Virus record (IMG/VR): IMGVR_UViG_3300014720_000001
Coordinates: 62,001 to 126,000 of that record
Reading direction: 5' to 3' (one strand)
Length of the DNA: 64,000 bases
In this document: positions 52,281 through 62,200 of the stretch, piece by piece
Position numbering within the stretch: the stretch's first letter is position 1
Layout of the letters: each line of letters begins with the position of its first letter
The notes under the pieces: model-generated
What the model saw: the letters and a program-made list of their open reading frames with translations, nothing else
What the model was told of the DNA's origin: nothing
The model's database searches: none
Position numbers and translations under genes: made by a program

Positions 52281-52316
52281 CAGCCGGGCTTTTTGTTGTG
52301 CGGTTTATTGTACAAA

Positions 52317-52390
52317 TAACCCGGGTGGGAGTCGAACCCACAACAAGTAGATCCTAAATCTACCGCCTCTGCCAATTGGGCTACCGAGTT
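52317..52390 (-). tRNA. trnL: tRNA-Leu(TAG), short variable loop
   Basis: AACTCGG/CCGGGTT acceptor stem; GTAGA-TT TAG GA-TCTAC; 5-nt variable loop. Confidence 0.9.
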
Positions 52391-52510
52391 GAACGTGGTT
52401 TATTCCGGTTGCACCACCACAAGGTTTTTTATCACACCGGACCTTTGCCTGCTGTATATCGTAGGGAGCGCAGCAGGCCGCGGATTCCCTTGAACGTGCC
52501 CTTGCGGGCA

Positions 52511-52583
52511 TGACCCCACGGGGATTCGAACCCCGGTAAACGGAACGAAAATCCGTTGTCCTAGACCTCTAGACGATGGGGCC
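52511..52583 (-). tRNA. trnE: tRNA-Glu(TTC)
   Basis: GGCCCCA/TGGGGTC acceptor stem; ACGGA-TT TTC GT-TCCGT. Confidence 0.95.
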
Positions 52584-52590
52584 GCCTCAG

Positions 52591-52902
52591 TTATTTAGCA
52601 GCTTCTTGGCTCCAAAACAACTGGGCGCGTTCAATGGCGGCCAGCATGCGCTTTCGCCCGACCGGGTTGGCCGAATGAATGCGCACCTCGATTGGCGACA
52701 GGCTACCCTTGTAGGCCGCTTCCTCGATGAACTTTGCGACGTCGTAACCCGTGCCGTTCTCTTCTGGGCCAAGATCGTGGTCCAGCGAAATCAGCGTGAT
52801 ACCGCCCACACGCAAAAGCCGAATGGCCGTTTCTGCTGTTTTGACGCAGCAGTCAAAGTCAGCCGGCTTGGGTCGCTCATCATCGAGCCAGAGTTTAACC
52901 AT
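52591..52902 (-). CDS. Cyclic-phosphate-processing receiver-like domain protein
   Basis: LWLDDERP...ISLDHDLG...TGYDVAKFI...IHSANPVG. Confidence 0.75.
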   Translation of the reverse strand: MVKLWLDDERPKPADFDCCVKTAETAIRLLRVGGITLISLDHDLGPEENGTGYDVAKFIEEAAYKGSLSPIEVRIHSANPVGRKRMLAAIERAQLFWSQEAAK

Positions 52903-53035
52903 AGTTAGCGCATTCCTTCTTTTCAAGCGTCCGCTCGGTCTTCCAAAACAAACGTTTTCCGAACTTTTTCATGTGCTTGTTCCAGCCCATGATCTTTGGT
53001 CGCACGTGCAGCAGTCCGCGCTTCTTCGTGGTCAT
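52895..53035 (-). CDS. Small basic protein
   Basis: 46 aa from MTTKKRG; AAGGAG SD. Confidence 0.5.
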   Translation of the reverse strand: MTTKKRGLLHVRPKIMGWNKHMKKFGKRLFWKTERTLEKKECANYG

Positions 53036-53060
53036 GTTGCTCCTTTGATAACAAAACCAA

Positions 53061-53133
<73 letters not shown>

Positions 53134-53198
53134 TCGCGTGGGTGGGGCGCCAAAGGCTTGGGCTACCTCCAGCGCCCCACCGTCAGCGAGTCTACGCT

Positions 53199-53549
53199 TC
53201 AGCGGTAGCGCTTGCACGCATACCACCGGCCATCCCTGCCACGCGCGACCCCTTGGTCTACGACCGCTCTGCCGCTATTGCTGTAGCAACAGTTGCCCAG
53301 CGCCTCGTCAGGCGAACGGCCCATGCCAACACCTTCCAGCCCTGAGTTACCGCCGTGGTGACCCATGCTGCAGCGGCTGGCCTGCAGCTCGGCTACGCCC
53401 TGTGCCGTGGCCGTAGATCCGCTGTAGGCGTACCCAGAATGAGTAGGCGTCGAGACCATTGGTGTCGTGTAGTAGCGACGACGTGGGGCAGCATGCGCAA
53501 CGCTGGCCAGCATCAAAACTGCAACGACACACGTGGAAAAACGGAACAT
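53199..53549 (-). CDS. Secreted minimal CAP/SCP-like protein
   Basis: Signal peptide; MGH...EGVG...C...GVA...WYAC pattern. Confidence 0.5.
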   Translation of the reverse strand: MFRFSTCVVAVLMLASVAHAAPRRRYYTTPMVSTPTHSGYAYSGSTATAQGVAELQASRCSMGHHGGNSGLEGVGMGRSPDEALGNCCYSNSGRAVVDQGVARGRDGRWYACKRYR

Positions 53550-53616
53550 AACGATCCTCCGTGACCCCGCTGCTGGTGTGCGCAGCGTGAAAAGAAACTA
53601 GCCCCACACCGGGCAG

Positions 53617-53690
53617 TAGGCGCAAAGGGACTCGAACCCCTAACCCCCTGCGTGTAAAGCAGGTGCTCTGACCAATTGAGCTATGCGCCT
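53617..53690 (-). tRNA. trnV: tRNA-Val(TAC)
   Basis: AGGCGCA/TGCGCCT acceptor stem; CCTGC-TT TAC AC-GCAGG. Confidence 0.95.
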
Positions 53691-53695
53691 AGGTT

Positions 53696-54081
53696 TTATT
53701 TGTACTTGCCGCGCCACTTGTCGAAGCGCAGCCTGTACCAATTCCACCTGTCGTACACCCGCAACCGCTGCCGGCGGAACCAGCGGCGGAACCGCAACCC
53801 CGGCGTGTTCAGGCCGTTCTCGTTGAGGTACTTCCTGTACGACCACTGAACAGCCTCGTCTGACCCGGCGTCGGTAACCGCGATGTCACACGCATCGCAG
53901 CGCAGGCAGGGCACGCCGTATACCGGCACCTGATGCACTTTGCCGTCAATGCGCATGTCGTACACGTCTTTAAACGTATACGCACGAAACGGCTCGCCAC
54001 ACTGATAACAACAAATCGGCCTGTATACGCAAGCCGGATTTTTTAACAGATTAGGCGACAGAATATTGTTGTCGGTCAACA
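53696..54081 (-). CDS. YgiT/MqsA-type zinc-finger protein (start uncertain)
   Basis: CYQCGE...VPCLRCDAC; Arg-rich C-terminus. Confidence 0.5.
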
Positions 54082-54102
54082 GAAACTCCTTTCTACTGCG
54101 AC

Positions 54103-54175
54103 TAGGACCGGTGGGACTCGAACCCACACTTGAAGGATTTTAAGTCCTTTGCCTCTGCCATTGGGCTACGATCCC
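54103..54175 (-). tRNA. trnL: tRNA-Leu(TAA), short variable loop
   Basis: GGGATCG/CGGTCCT acceptor stem; AAGGA-CT TAA AA-TCCTT; 5-nt variable loop. Confidence 0.92.
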
Positions 54176-54185
54176 CCGATGCTTT

Positions 54186-54557
54186 TCACACCAGCTCGGC
54201 TTTTTTCTCTTCCGGCGCAGGATACTGCTCAGGATGCGCGATGTGCCGAAACCGGGCTTGCCCTGTGCGGCTGTGCATGCCGAGGATATCTCTGCTGACA
54301 ACGGCTTTCTCGAAATACTCAAACGCCCGTTCCACTTTCAAGAAATCGGCGTAAGACACAGATCCGCCGTCGTCGATCTTACGCCGGAGTTCTTGGCCGA
54401 TCTCGATCAGCTTGTTTAAGTCTTCGCCGATACGGCCGTCGTAGTACTCCGCAGAACTCTCGTTTTCATCGTGTCCGTGTGTTCCCATTCCAAGCGTACC
54501 TCTGATTGCCCATTTGGCACCACCACTGCTGCCCGTCGTTCCAATAAACGGGTACAC
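54186..54557 (-). CDS. Hypothetical protein (start may be at about 54488)
   Basis: ORF between tRNAs; overlaps the upstream gene. Confidence 0.45.
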   Translation of the reverse strand: MYPFIGTTGSSGGAKWAIRGTLGMGTHGHDENESSAEYYDGRIGEDLNKLIEIGQELRRKIDDGGSVSYADFLKVERAFEYFEKAVVSRDILGMHSRTGQARFRHIAHPEQYPAPEEKKAELV

Positions 54558-54789
54558 CAGCCGTAGCGGGATTCATCTCGTCGTTCCCGGTCCACATGTA
54601 CCATTGCCCCTGCTCACAGCGCCACCAACGACCTTCGTGATACACCACGTAAGCCTGCTGCTGGGGTTGCTGCATTTGCTGCACACGTGCCTGAACACGA
54701 TCTCGTAGCTGCTCGACGCCCGTTTGAATAACAGGTTGCACGACCGGCGTCAAAATACCAACAAGCAGCGCGATTAGCCAATTCATCAT
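54466..54789 (-). CDS. Small Trp/Gln-rich exported protein
   Basis: MMNWLIALLVGIL signal; two similar YxxGxWW repeats; AAGGAGG SD. Confidence 0.55.
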   Translation of the reverse strand: MMNWLIALLVGILTPVVQPVIQTGVEQLRDRVQARVQQMQQPQQQAYVVYHEGRWWRCEQGQWYMWTGNDEMNPATAGVPVYWNDGQQWWCQMGNQRYAWNGNTRTR

Positions 54790-54826
54790 TTCCTCCTTGA
54801 AAGATGACAATTAAACAATCGACCAC

Positions 54827-54899
54827 TGGGCCCTGTGGGACTCGAACCCACGACCAAAGGATTAAAAGTCCCTTGCTCTACCAACTGAGCTAAAGGCCC
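54827..54899 (-). tRNA. trnK: tRNA-Lys(TTT)
   Basis: GGGCCTT/AGGGCCC acceptor stem; AGGGA-CT TTT AA-TCCTT. Confidence 0.95.
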
Positions 54900-54932
54900 G
54901 ACGCGTTTTTACCGTACGCTAACGGTGACCAT

Positions 54933-55643
54933 TTATTTCATGGTCATGCGCGGCCGTGCCGCAGGAGTTGCCGGCCACTGATTCGGGCATGTACCATCTG
55001 GACAGCTGTCTTCTGTCTGTACAGGTTGTACTGCCTTACCCGCGACTTTGCGCTTTCCTTTTGCCGATGTCGGTTTTGTAACTTCGGCAACTGGGCGCGC
55101 AGGCAGTGCGGCCTCTTCAGGCCACAACGCCTCCGACATGTTCCCATTGATTACATGGGCTTTCCACTGACCATGCTCGACGCGGGCGAACAGCTGATAT
55201 TCGCAAAGTTCCCATTCGGGCAGAAGTCCCGAACGGTGGCGATATTCAGTGTATTCCACGTCGTCGTCCTTGGGCATGGTCCACTGTGTAATCTGCACAG
55301 CGGCCCACAGCCCATTGGAATCTTCCCAGCTCGTAATCCAGCGGCAGTCGACGAGCCTGATGTAGACGTCAGTGTCGTCAAACATCTTCTGGCACTCCCG
55401 CATAAACTGCACACGATCCGGGCAGTTCGATGTCATCGTCGCCATCACTGCCTTCAGGTTTTCCGTAGAGCACGCCTGAAAGTTCTGCTCCATGACTTCC
55501 CTGATCGCCGCAGTGGCCGCTTCAATATACGCAGGGTCATGGGTATTACTGACGCGATTCCACTTTCCGGTCTTTGCGTTGTGCTGCGCTTGCGCGACAA
55601 CACAAACAAAACACAACACTAACGACAAAAAGAACTTATTCAT
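54933..55643 (-). CDS. Secreted protein, possibly NTF2/SnoaL-like
   Basis: Signal peptide; helix-then-strands pattern (ENLKAVMATM...). Confidence 0.5.
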   Translation of the reverse strand: MNKFFLSLVLCFVCVVAQAQHNAKTGKWNRVSNTHDPAYIEAATAAIREVMEQNFQACSTENLKAVMATMTSNCPDRVQFMRECQKMFDDTDVYIRLVDCRWITSWEDSNGLWAAVQITQWTMPKDDDVEYTEYRHRSGLLPEWELCEYQLFARVEHGQWKAHVINGNMSEALWPEEAALPARPVAEVTKPTSAKGKRKVAGKAVQPVQTEDSCPDGTCPNQWPATPAARPRMTMK

Positions 55644-55827
55644 CTCGCTGACTTTCTCTGATTAAGCACGCGTAAGCAAAACCGCCAAAAAGCGACCAGC
55701 CCACGAATGCGCCTGTAACGTTTACTGCTTCTCCCATCTGGAGCGAGCGTGCAGCCATTAGCCCAATCACTGCACCCAGCACAGTACACGTCACAAGCAA
55801 GAACTCACGCAGAATCGGGTGGCGCAT
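55636..55827 (-). CDS. Small two-TM protein
   Basis: MRHPILREF; AAGGAGG SD; downstream of promoter-motif copy 7. Confidence 0.6.
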   Translation of the reverse strand: MRHPILREFLLVTCTVLGAVIGLMAARSLQMGEAVNVTGAFVGWSLFGGFAYACLIRESQRDE

Positions 55828-55893
55828 GGTATCCTCCTTGCTTTGCCCGACCGTGTGCCAAGATCCGCAAACACGTATTTGCGGGGCACAAGA

Positions 55894-55923
55894 AATATGC
55901 CCGGATATTGCCAAAAATTTAGG
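55894..55923 (-). promoter_or_regulatory. Phage promoter-like motif, copy 7 (variant)
   Basis: Minus strand CCTAAATTTT-TGGCAATATC-CGGGCATATT. Confidence 0.55.
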
Positions 55924-55926
55924 CAA

Positions 55927-57069
55927 TTAAGAGTGGGCGCAAACGGGCCCAAAGCAGCGTTTATCGTTGCCCAAATCTGTCGGCAACGTATACCAGCCTT
56001 TGTCATAGAGCTGATAGATCTTTTGAAACGCTTCATCGTACATGGCGCCACAGGCTTCAAGGCTATACGTACGCCGGGCGTTCTTGGCGATAGCGGCCCG
56101 ATCCAGCGAATGTACCCGTTTGAGCGCGTGCAGCCAGTCCGCCAGTGTTTTGCAGCGGAAACCATTGACGCCATGCTGGACGGTCTCAGTGAATGCGCCG
56201 TAGTCAGTAGAGATGAGCGGCGTCCCACACAGCAGGCCCTCGACGCCCGACCCACCAAATGGCTCGATAAAGTCTGTGGGCATCAACGAGCAAATGGCGT
56301 TGCGCATAAACTCGCTGCGCTCGGTGCCGGCAATCGGGCCCCTGTAGATGATGTTGGGGTGCGCCCAGCGTTCGTGGTCGCCTTGGCCCGCCAGCACGAT
56401 CTTCGCCTGCTTGTCTACAAGATGCAGATTCTTGGCTAGCTCATAGATCGTGTCCAGCCCTTTGCACTTATCAATGCGGCCGAGGAACGCATAGTACTTT
56501 CCGGGTGCAAAGCTGGGTTGCCAGTCTTCGATATCAAAATAATTGGGGATCACGAACTCATAGTGCGCACCCTGTCGGCCGTCTTTACCGGCGTGATAGT
56601 GCCGCCACGCATAGCTTTCAAATATCTTAATCGTGCCGTCTACCAGCGCCGGATATCCGATGCCAGTTTCAACGTGAGTGTTAGCGGGGAAATCGGCCAG
56701 CAAGCGCGAATGTGCGTGCCCGAACGGGTGGCAAATAATGTCTCGCGGCTTGACGCGCTGCTGCATAGCGGGCACAAGCCTGTCTTCAAATAACTTGTGG
56801 TGCGGCGCGCCGACTGTAGCGTTGTCGCCGTGAAACGCTTTCTTGTCGCGGTTGCCCAGCATGTTTTCAAACTCGTCATGCGCGAGCATTTCTACTTTTT
56901 CATCAGCAAGACTTTCACTCCCGGCGTTGGCGTACTCAATGACGCGGTAGCCGTACATGCGCATCATCTTGGAAAAGCGCAGGGCTTTACCGGTGAACGC
57001 GCAGTGCGAATACGCAGCTGTGTGCCGCGTGTGAAAGATACCAACCAGATGAAGTGTCGGCCGTGACAT
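55927..57069 (-). CDS. GT-B glycosyltransferase (GT4-like)
   Basis: FLGRIDKCKG; EPFGGSGVEGLLCGTPLISTDYGAFTETVQHGVNGF. Confidence 0.88.
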   Translation of the reverse strand: MSRPTLHLVGIFHTRHTAAYSHCAFTGKALRFSKMMRMYGYRVIEYANAGSESLADEKVEMLAHDEFENMLGNRDKKAFHGDNATVGAPHHKLFEDRLVPAMQQRVKPRDIICHPFGHAHSRLLADFPANTHVETGIGYPALVDGTIKIFESYAWRHYHAGKDGRQGAHYEFVIPNYFDIEDWQPSFAPGKYYAFLGRIDKCKGLDTIYELAKNLHLVDKQAKIVLAGQGDHERWAHPNIIYRGPIAGTERSEFMRNAICSLMPTDFIEPFGGSGVEGLLCGTPLISTDYGAFTETVQHGVNGFRCKTLADWLHALKRVHSLDRAAIAKNARRTYSLEACGAMYDEAFQKIYQLYDKGWYTLPTDLGNDKRCFGPVCAHS

Positions 57070-57077
57070 TTTGGTTC

Positions 57078-57515
57078 CTATTGATCGAACGGCAAGTACT
57101 GCTGTTCTGGGCCAGCGACTGGGGTGACTTTTTTCTTGAGCTGTTTGCCGGCCGAAATCAGGCTTGCGCTCAGCTGTTCTCGCGCCTCGTCAGTGACCGC
57201 GGGAATAAACAGCGTGTATTCGCTGTGCGGCCCGAAAGAGATCGTTACGCCGGCATCCTCGACTTTAGCCTTGCCGGGCGGAAACAGCCCAAAGAGCGTT
57301 TTTAGGTTGTTATTCTCCGCCACGAGCGCCGAGATCACAGCGGCTAGCTCGTTCAGATTGTCGTTTTTGAAACCGACAAAGCGACTGCCGCCCTTGGCGA
57401 TATCGAGCAGCTTGCTCAAGACCCACGAACCGTCGCCGACTAATGCCAGCAGCGCGTCGGACCCCAGCATTTCTTCCCTTGGCCGGTCGCAGGTTTTGTT
57501 GCCACAGCAACCCAT
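57078..57515 (-). CDS. Hypothetical protein
   Basis: 145 aa; AAGGAG SD. Confidence 0.6.
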   Translation of the reverse strand: MGCCGNKTCDRPREEMLGSDALLALVGDGSWVLSKLLDIAKGGSRFVGFKNDNLNELAAVISALVAENNNLKTLFGLFPPGKAKVEDAGVTISFGPHSEYTLFIPAVTDEAREQLSASLISAGKQLKKKVTPVAGPEQQYLPFDQ

Positions 57516-57619
57516 GTCGTCTCCTTTGATAATGATATGTATCTCGATACGCGACGTACAAAATAAACGCGGCCCAGACGACTATTACGCTAATGAAGAT
57601 AGTCCACTTTATGAGCATG

Positions 57620-57829
57620 TCAATCCAGTCTCATAAGGCGACGAGCCGGGTGAAACTCGACGCGACACGGGCAACGGTCAGTAAGCAGTTCTTCAGAGAT
57701 TGGCACGTACACCACGTTTGTCTTGTATACGCAACGCCGGGCGGTTTCACTGGGTGACCAGCCCCGCCGTATTTCTCGCGCGCGAATGGCAATCTCTTCT
57801 TTTGTTGGCGGCGGTACCTTAGCGGCCAT
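57620..57829 (-). CDS. Small hypothetical protein
   Basis: 69 aa; AAGGAG SD. Confidence 0.5.
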   Translation of the reverse strand: MAAKVPPPTKEEIAIRAREIRRGWSPSETARRCVYKTNVVYVPISEELLTDRCPCRVEFHPARRLMRLD

Positions 57830-57838
57830 GGCAGCTCC

Positions 57839-58201
57839 TTACCCGTAGAGTTTAAATATCTTGCGCTGTTTGGGTGTCGTATCCAACGTTGTGCGGGGAG
57901 CCGGCTGTGGCTGCGCCGGCGGTATTACGCGCGTCACGTGCGCAGCCAGCCGCTCGCGAAACTGCAGGCTGACTATCTCGTCATGCCGCCTACGCGCTTC
58001 GGCGCGAAAGTGCTCCATTCGATTCTTTCGCTCTGCCAGCCACTGCCGTTCGCGCATGAAGTCAAAGCGGAGCCACAAGAAATACAGCGCGATAAGAACC
58101 ATCGCGCCAATAAACCCAACAGGGTCAGGTGTTCTGGCCGGCGTGGTTGGCAACGGCTGCTCAACGCGCGCGACTGTTGCTGAGTCCGTGTTTAGTTGCA
58201 T
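57839..58201 (-). CDS. Membrane-anchored hypothetical protein
   Basis: 120 aa; one TM segment. Confidence 0.55.
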   Translation of the reverse strand: MQLNTDSATVARVEQPLPTTPARTPDPVGFIGAMVLIALYFLWLRFDFMRERQWLAERKNRMEHFRAEARRRHDEIVSLQFRERLAAHVTRVIPPAQPQPAPRTTLDTTPKQRKIFKLYG

Positions 58202-58769
58202 AACACGCGGCGCAGGCCGGTAGATACTTTTCTTCGCAACCGAGTTCTACAGATGGGCCGGCGAGAGTTGGCTGCCCGTCGCACATTTTAAGATTGAACA
58301 CAGCTTTTCGCAAGCAGAATGTACAGATTGTTTTGATTTCTTCAATAGCGTCTGCCAACTCCAAAAGGCGCTGTGAAGCTGGGAAGAGTTGGCGACGAAA
58401 GTCTGTTCGCAGGCCGTAGCAAATAACCGGGATTCCGTCTCGGTTATACGGCGGATACGTGCAAGCGTGGGCGACGTTATGCAGCTGGTCGACGGCTTCT
58501 ACTGATAAGAACTGCGCCTCGTCTACCAGCAGGCATACGACGTCGTTAAGGTCGGGTAACTGGCATGGCCCGCTGGCTGGAACAAGTATGTCAGCCGGGG
58601 CCTCCAGCCCTGCGCGCGTTTTAATGACATCTTTGCCGAAACGCACATCCAGCTCGGGCTTCAGTAGTAGCACCTTTTTGTTTTGCTGCCGGTAGTTGTG
58701 AGCTACAGCCAGCAGATTCATTGTCTTTGCGCTACCGACGGTCCCGTATCGAAAATAAAGCTTGGCCAT
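58161..58769 (-). CDS. tdk: Thymidine kinase
   Basis: YGTVGSAKT, VDEAQF, YGLRTDF, C..C...KY..C..C. Confidence 0.93.
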   Translation of the reverse strand: MAKLYFRYGTVGSAKTMNLLAVAHNYRQQNKKVLLLKPELDVRFGKDVIKTRAGLEAPADILVPASGPCQLPDLNDVVCLLVDEAQFLSVEAVDQLHNVAHACTYPPYNRDGIPVICYGLRTDFRRQLFPASQRLLELADAIEEIKTICTFCLRKAVFNLKMCDGQPTLAGPSVELGCEEKYLPACAACYATKHGLSNSRAR

Positions 58770-58772
58770 AAA

Positions 58773-59258
58773 TTACGGATTTGAGGTATCTGGGCACACA
58801 TTTATTGCAACAGGAGATTCGCCCGCAGTTCCGTCAAACAAAATTTCGCCTGTCGTCGGGCGTGTAACTTTGAGTTTTGCAATTCCGCGATGGCAGTCCG
58901 AGTATACGCAGTCAAGTTGTGCATAAAGAATGCAGCAGTCTTCAGCGTCTTTGGTAATGTCTTCTGCTTGTTGTTTGCTGATTGTGTGTCGCGAGAATTT
59001 TCGTAAACCGTCGCTGCCGTTGTTAAGATTGACATTGCCGATCTCAACACGTTCTCCGCCTTGAGCAAAAATGTAAAGCGTAAAACTTGCGCGATCGCAA
59101 ATGTGGCCCTCTTCGGGGCCGGCGGAGTACTCTAGCTCGACGCCTTCAATACCGCAACCACAACAGCAATCTTTGTCGCTTAGTTCGCCCACAATGAGCG
59201 TCGGCGAGCTGCAATCTGTCACGCGCAGTCGCCCGCCTATAGTAATTAACTTTGCCAT
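58773..59258 (-). CDS. Cys-rich hypothetical protein, possibly tail-associated
   Basis: Start MAKLITIGG overlaps the stop of the LamG gene (TAATG). Confidence 0.6.
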   Translation of the reverse strand: MAKLITIGGRLRVTDCSSPTLIVGELSDKDCCCGCGIEGVELEYSAGPEEGHICDRASFTLYIFAQGGERVEIGNVNLNNGSDGLRKFSRHTISKQQAEDITKDAEDCCILYAQLDCVYSDCHRGIAKLKVTRPTTGEILFDGTAGESPVAINVCPDTSNP

Positions 59259-62200
59259 TAGATGATCGTCAAAAGCGCTGCGCGGCTGTATCCAATGTTT
59301 GTCGTGCCGCAGCCCGCGCGGACACGATATTGATTTCCGTTGTCGGCACCGGGAGTGAGCGCTGTATCTGTAACTGACGCGCCAGTTGCAAACGGAATAT
59401 CTTGCCAACCACCATCAAGGCCCTTCTTTTGCCATTGATATGTAAACGACGAATAGGTTTGCCCAGTTGTTCGCCCAATACCGGTAGCGGACGCCGTAAA
59501 TGTAACCGAACCCGTGACACTAGAATCAATCACCGTATCTTGCGGCTCTGTGGTAAACGAAATGCTCAACGGTTCGACCGTTAACAAAGCGGCGTCGCTG
59601 ACGGCTGTTTGAAAACCGCTTTTTGCTTCAATGCGGTAATACGTTGCATTGTCTGCAAACGTCAAATTTGTTAGCGCAAGTGTAACGCTCAGAGGCTGCG
59701 CAAACTGCAGCGGATATGTTTGAATGGTTTTCCAGTTGTAACCGTCGTTGTAGTACTGCCACGAGCCGGCTGGATTTCCGGCGCCATCAGCTTCATGAAT
59801 AATCCAATAGCCGTCATACCAAAACAAACAATACATATTGTCAGCTTTGCGATAAAACTGTTTACCGTTGTACGCGTTGTTTGAGCTAACCGACGGATAA
59901 TACGTGCCATTGATAGCGCGTTTACCAGCTGCTGTTACTTGCAACGCGTACAGGTTTGTGCCATTGTTTAATGCACTTGGCGGCGTGAAATTTGCCGTAT
60001 ATCTTGCCGCGCGGGTAATCCGCAATTCGTCGGTGTAATCGTTGGCCGCGGCAAAAATAGTTGTGGTACGTTCTGTAGTAGTGTCGCCGACTTGTCCGGA
60101 GTATGTGAAATCGCCAATGGACAAGCCATTAACATAACAACGAATAACAGAAGACGAAGACGCCACATTGCGCACAAGCGCTATGTGTGTCCATGTCTGC
60201 GCGCTGACATGTTGCGCGCCCGTCAGCGTTTGCGGAGAACCGCCGTTGATCTGCAGATACAGTTTTGAGTTCTCTAAATACAAGTCAGTTAAATTGACGC
60301 CCAGCGTGCCGCTAGAGAACAAATAACGTTTTGTTGTTGTGGCGTTGAAATAAAACCACGCTTCAACGGTAAAACTACTCGGCAGAGTAATGTCGCCGGA
60401 AAAATTGACAGATGCGTTTGAAAGACTGTACGTGCCATACTTTTTATTTGCTGACGTCAATCCGCCCGGGCCGTTGATTACCCCATAAAATCGATTGTTA
60501 CTGATATCACTCAAGCCGGTTTCAAAATTAGTAAATAGCGCGACAGCACTTGCCAGCGCGTCTGGGTCAGCCCACGTAAGCTGAGCGCCCAGTGTCGGTG
60601 GCGTAAAATTTGCGGTGTAACGACATACGCCGTTTGTAATTCTGACTTGCGCCATCTGCCCTTCAAAACCACGACTGGTGGCGCCCCATACGCCAGCGTA
60701 ATCGCCAATTTCTAGCGTGTTACCGGCAGTTACAGGATTTGTATATGTCGTACCGTAAACGACCTGTCCGTTAAAAAAAATTTGAAAAACAGCTCCGCTG
60801 CGTGTTACCGCAATGTGCACCCACGTATTTAACGGCGGCGTAATACCGGTGTCGGCACCCATGGCCCAATAATTGCCGCCCCACCAATACGACATTGGCG
60901 AATAAAAGTACAGCCGATTGTTACTTTCCAAAAGAAGAATCCAACCAGTTACGTCACTGTTGGAATGCGTCATTACAAGCGCTTGATACCCTTTGCTATT
61001 GTTTGAAAATTTAAACCAACCCTCGATCGTAAAATCGCCGTTAAACGTGAAGTTTGAGCCGCTGGATACTGTCAATGCGTCGTCTGTGCCGTCAAAAGTA
61101 CCCGCTCCGCCGTTGCTGCCGTCAGGTAGAACAGTTGTTGTTACCTTTAAATTGCCGCCGCGCACTAACGTGTTTGGCGCTGGTGACACATCTGTAAACG
61201 TCAAAGAGTTATTGGACCCGGTCATTGGTACCAGTAATGCAACTTGATTAAAAGCCGGGTCAAGATTGCTGGTCGGGAACGCGGCGGTTGGCGGAGAAAA
61301 CGACGCCGGATAACGCGCCACGCCGATTGTCAACCGTAAGTCGTCGATGTAGCCGTCAAAATACGGATTTGAGCCGGCGTTGTCCCAACGTTTTCCGACG
61401 TTGAAGTTAAGCGTCGGGCTGTTGATGCTGCTACCCGTTACACCAAAACCAACCACTACGCCGTCGTAAAACAGATAAAAAAAGTTTCCCTCGCGCACAA
61501 CAGCGACGTGCACCCATTGATTCAACGGCAAATCTGTTCCGGCTGTGATATGAATGTGCCACCAACTGCCGTTGTAGCTTGCAAAAAACAATCGGCGACC
61601 TAGGTCTTCAAAGCCGTTTGGGCCGTGAAAGCCGAACGCAATACTAATAGGCGTGCCGGCGTGTTGTTCGCTGATGATGCACCCGCTCATTGTATCCGAC
61701 CGCATGTACACCCACGCTTCAATCGTGAACGGGGCGTCGCTCAGCGCCATATTGTTATTTGTAGCTGTCGTAACGACGCCGGTGCTACCGTTAAATTCAG
61801 CGCTGGCGGCCCCGTACTTTTTAAAGTTTGTGCGAATATTTGCACCCGACGTCGCCTGCAGTGCGCGCGCGTTCACAGATAAATCCACAAACCCGGTATC
61901 CATCGTCATCAACAGGGCGACATTTTTGAAGTACGGGTCGCCTGATGAGTTTGTTGGAACCGCCGTCGTTACTTGCTTGAGATACGGTACAGGCGCCGGA
62001 GCGTTTGCATACTGCGGATCGCCCCACCCCGTTTGCGGATCATCGGCGATCCACGGGTTGCCGGTAATAGGCGTGTCAGAGTTTTTATCGGCCTTTTGCC
62101 ACGAGACCGTAATCGGATCTTCCCAACGGCCGGTTCTATAGGCATTAGCCGTAAATGTCGCGCTAAACGTGCACGACGCGTTTACGTCTGACGGATTTTG

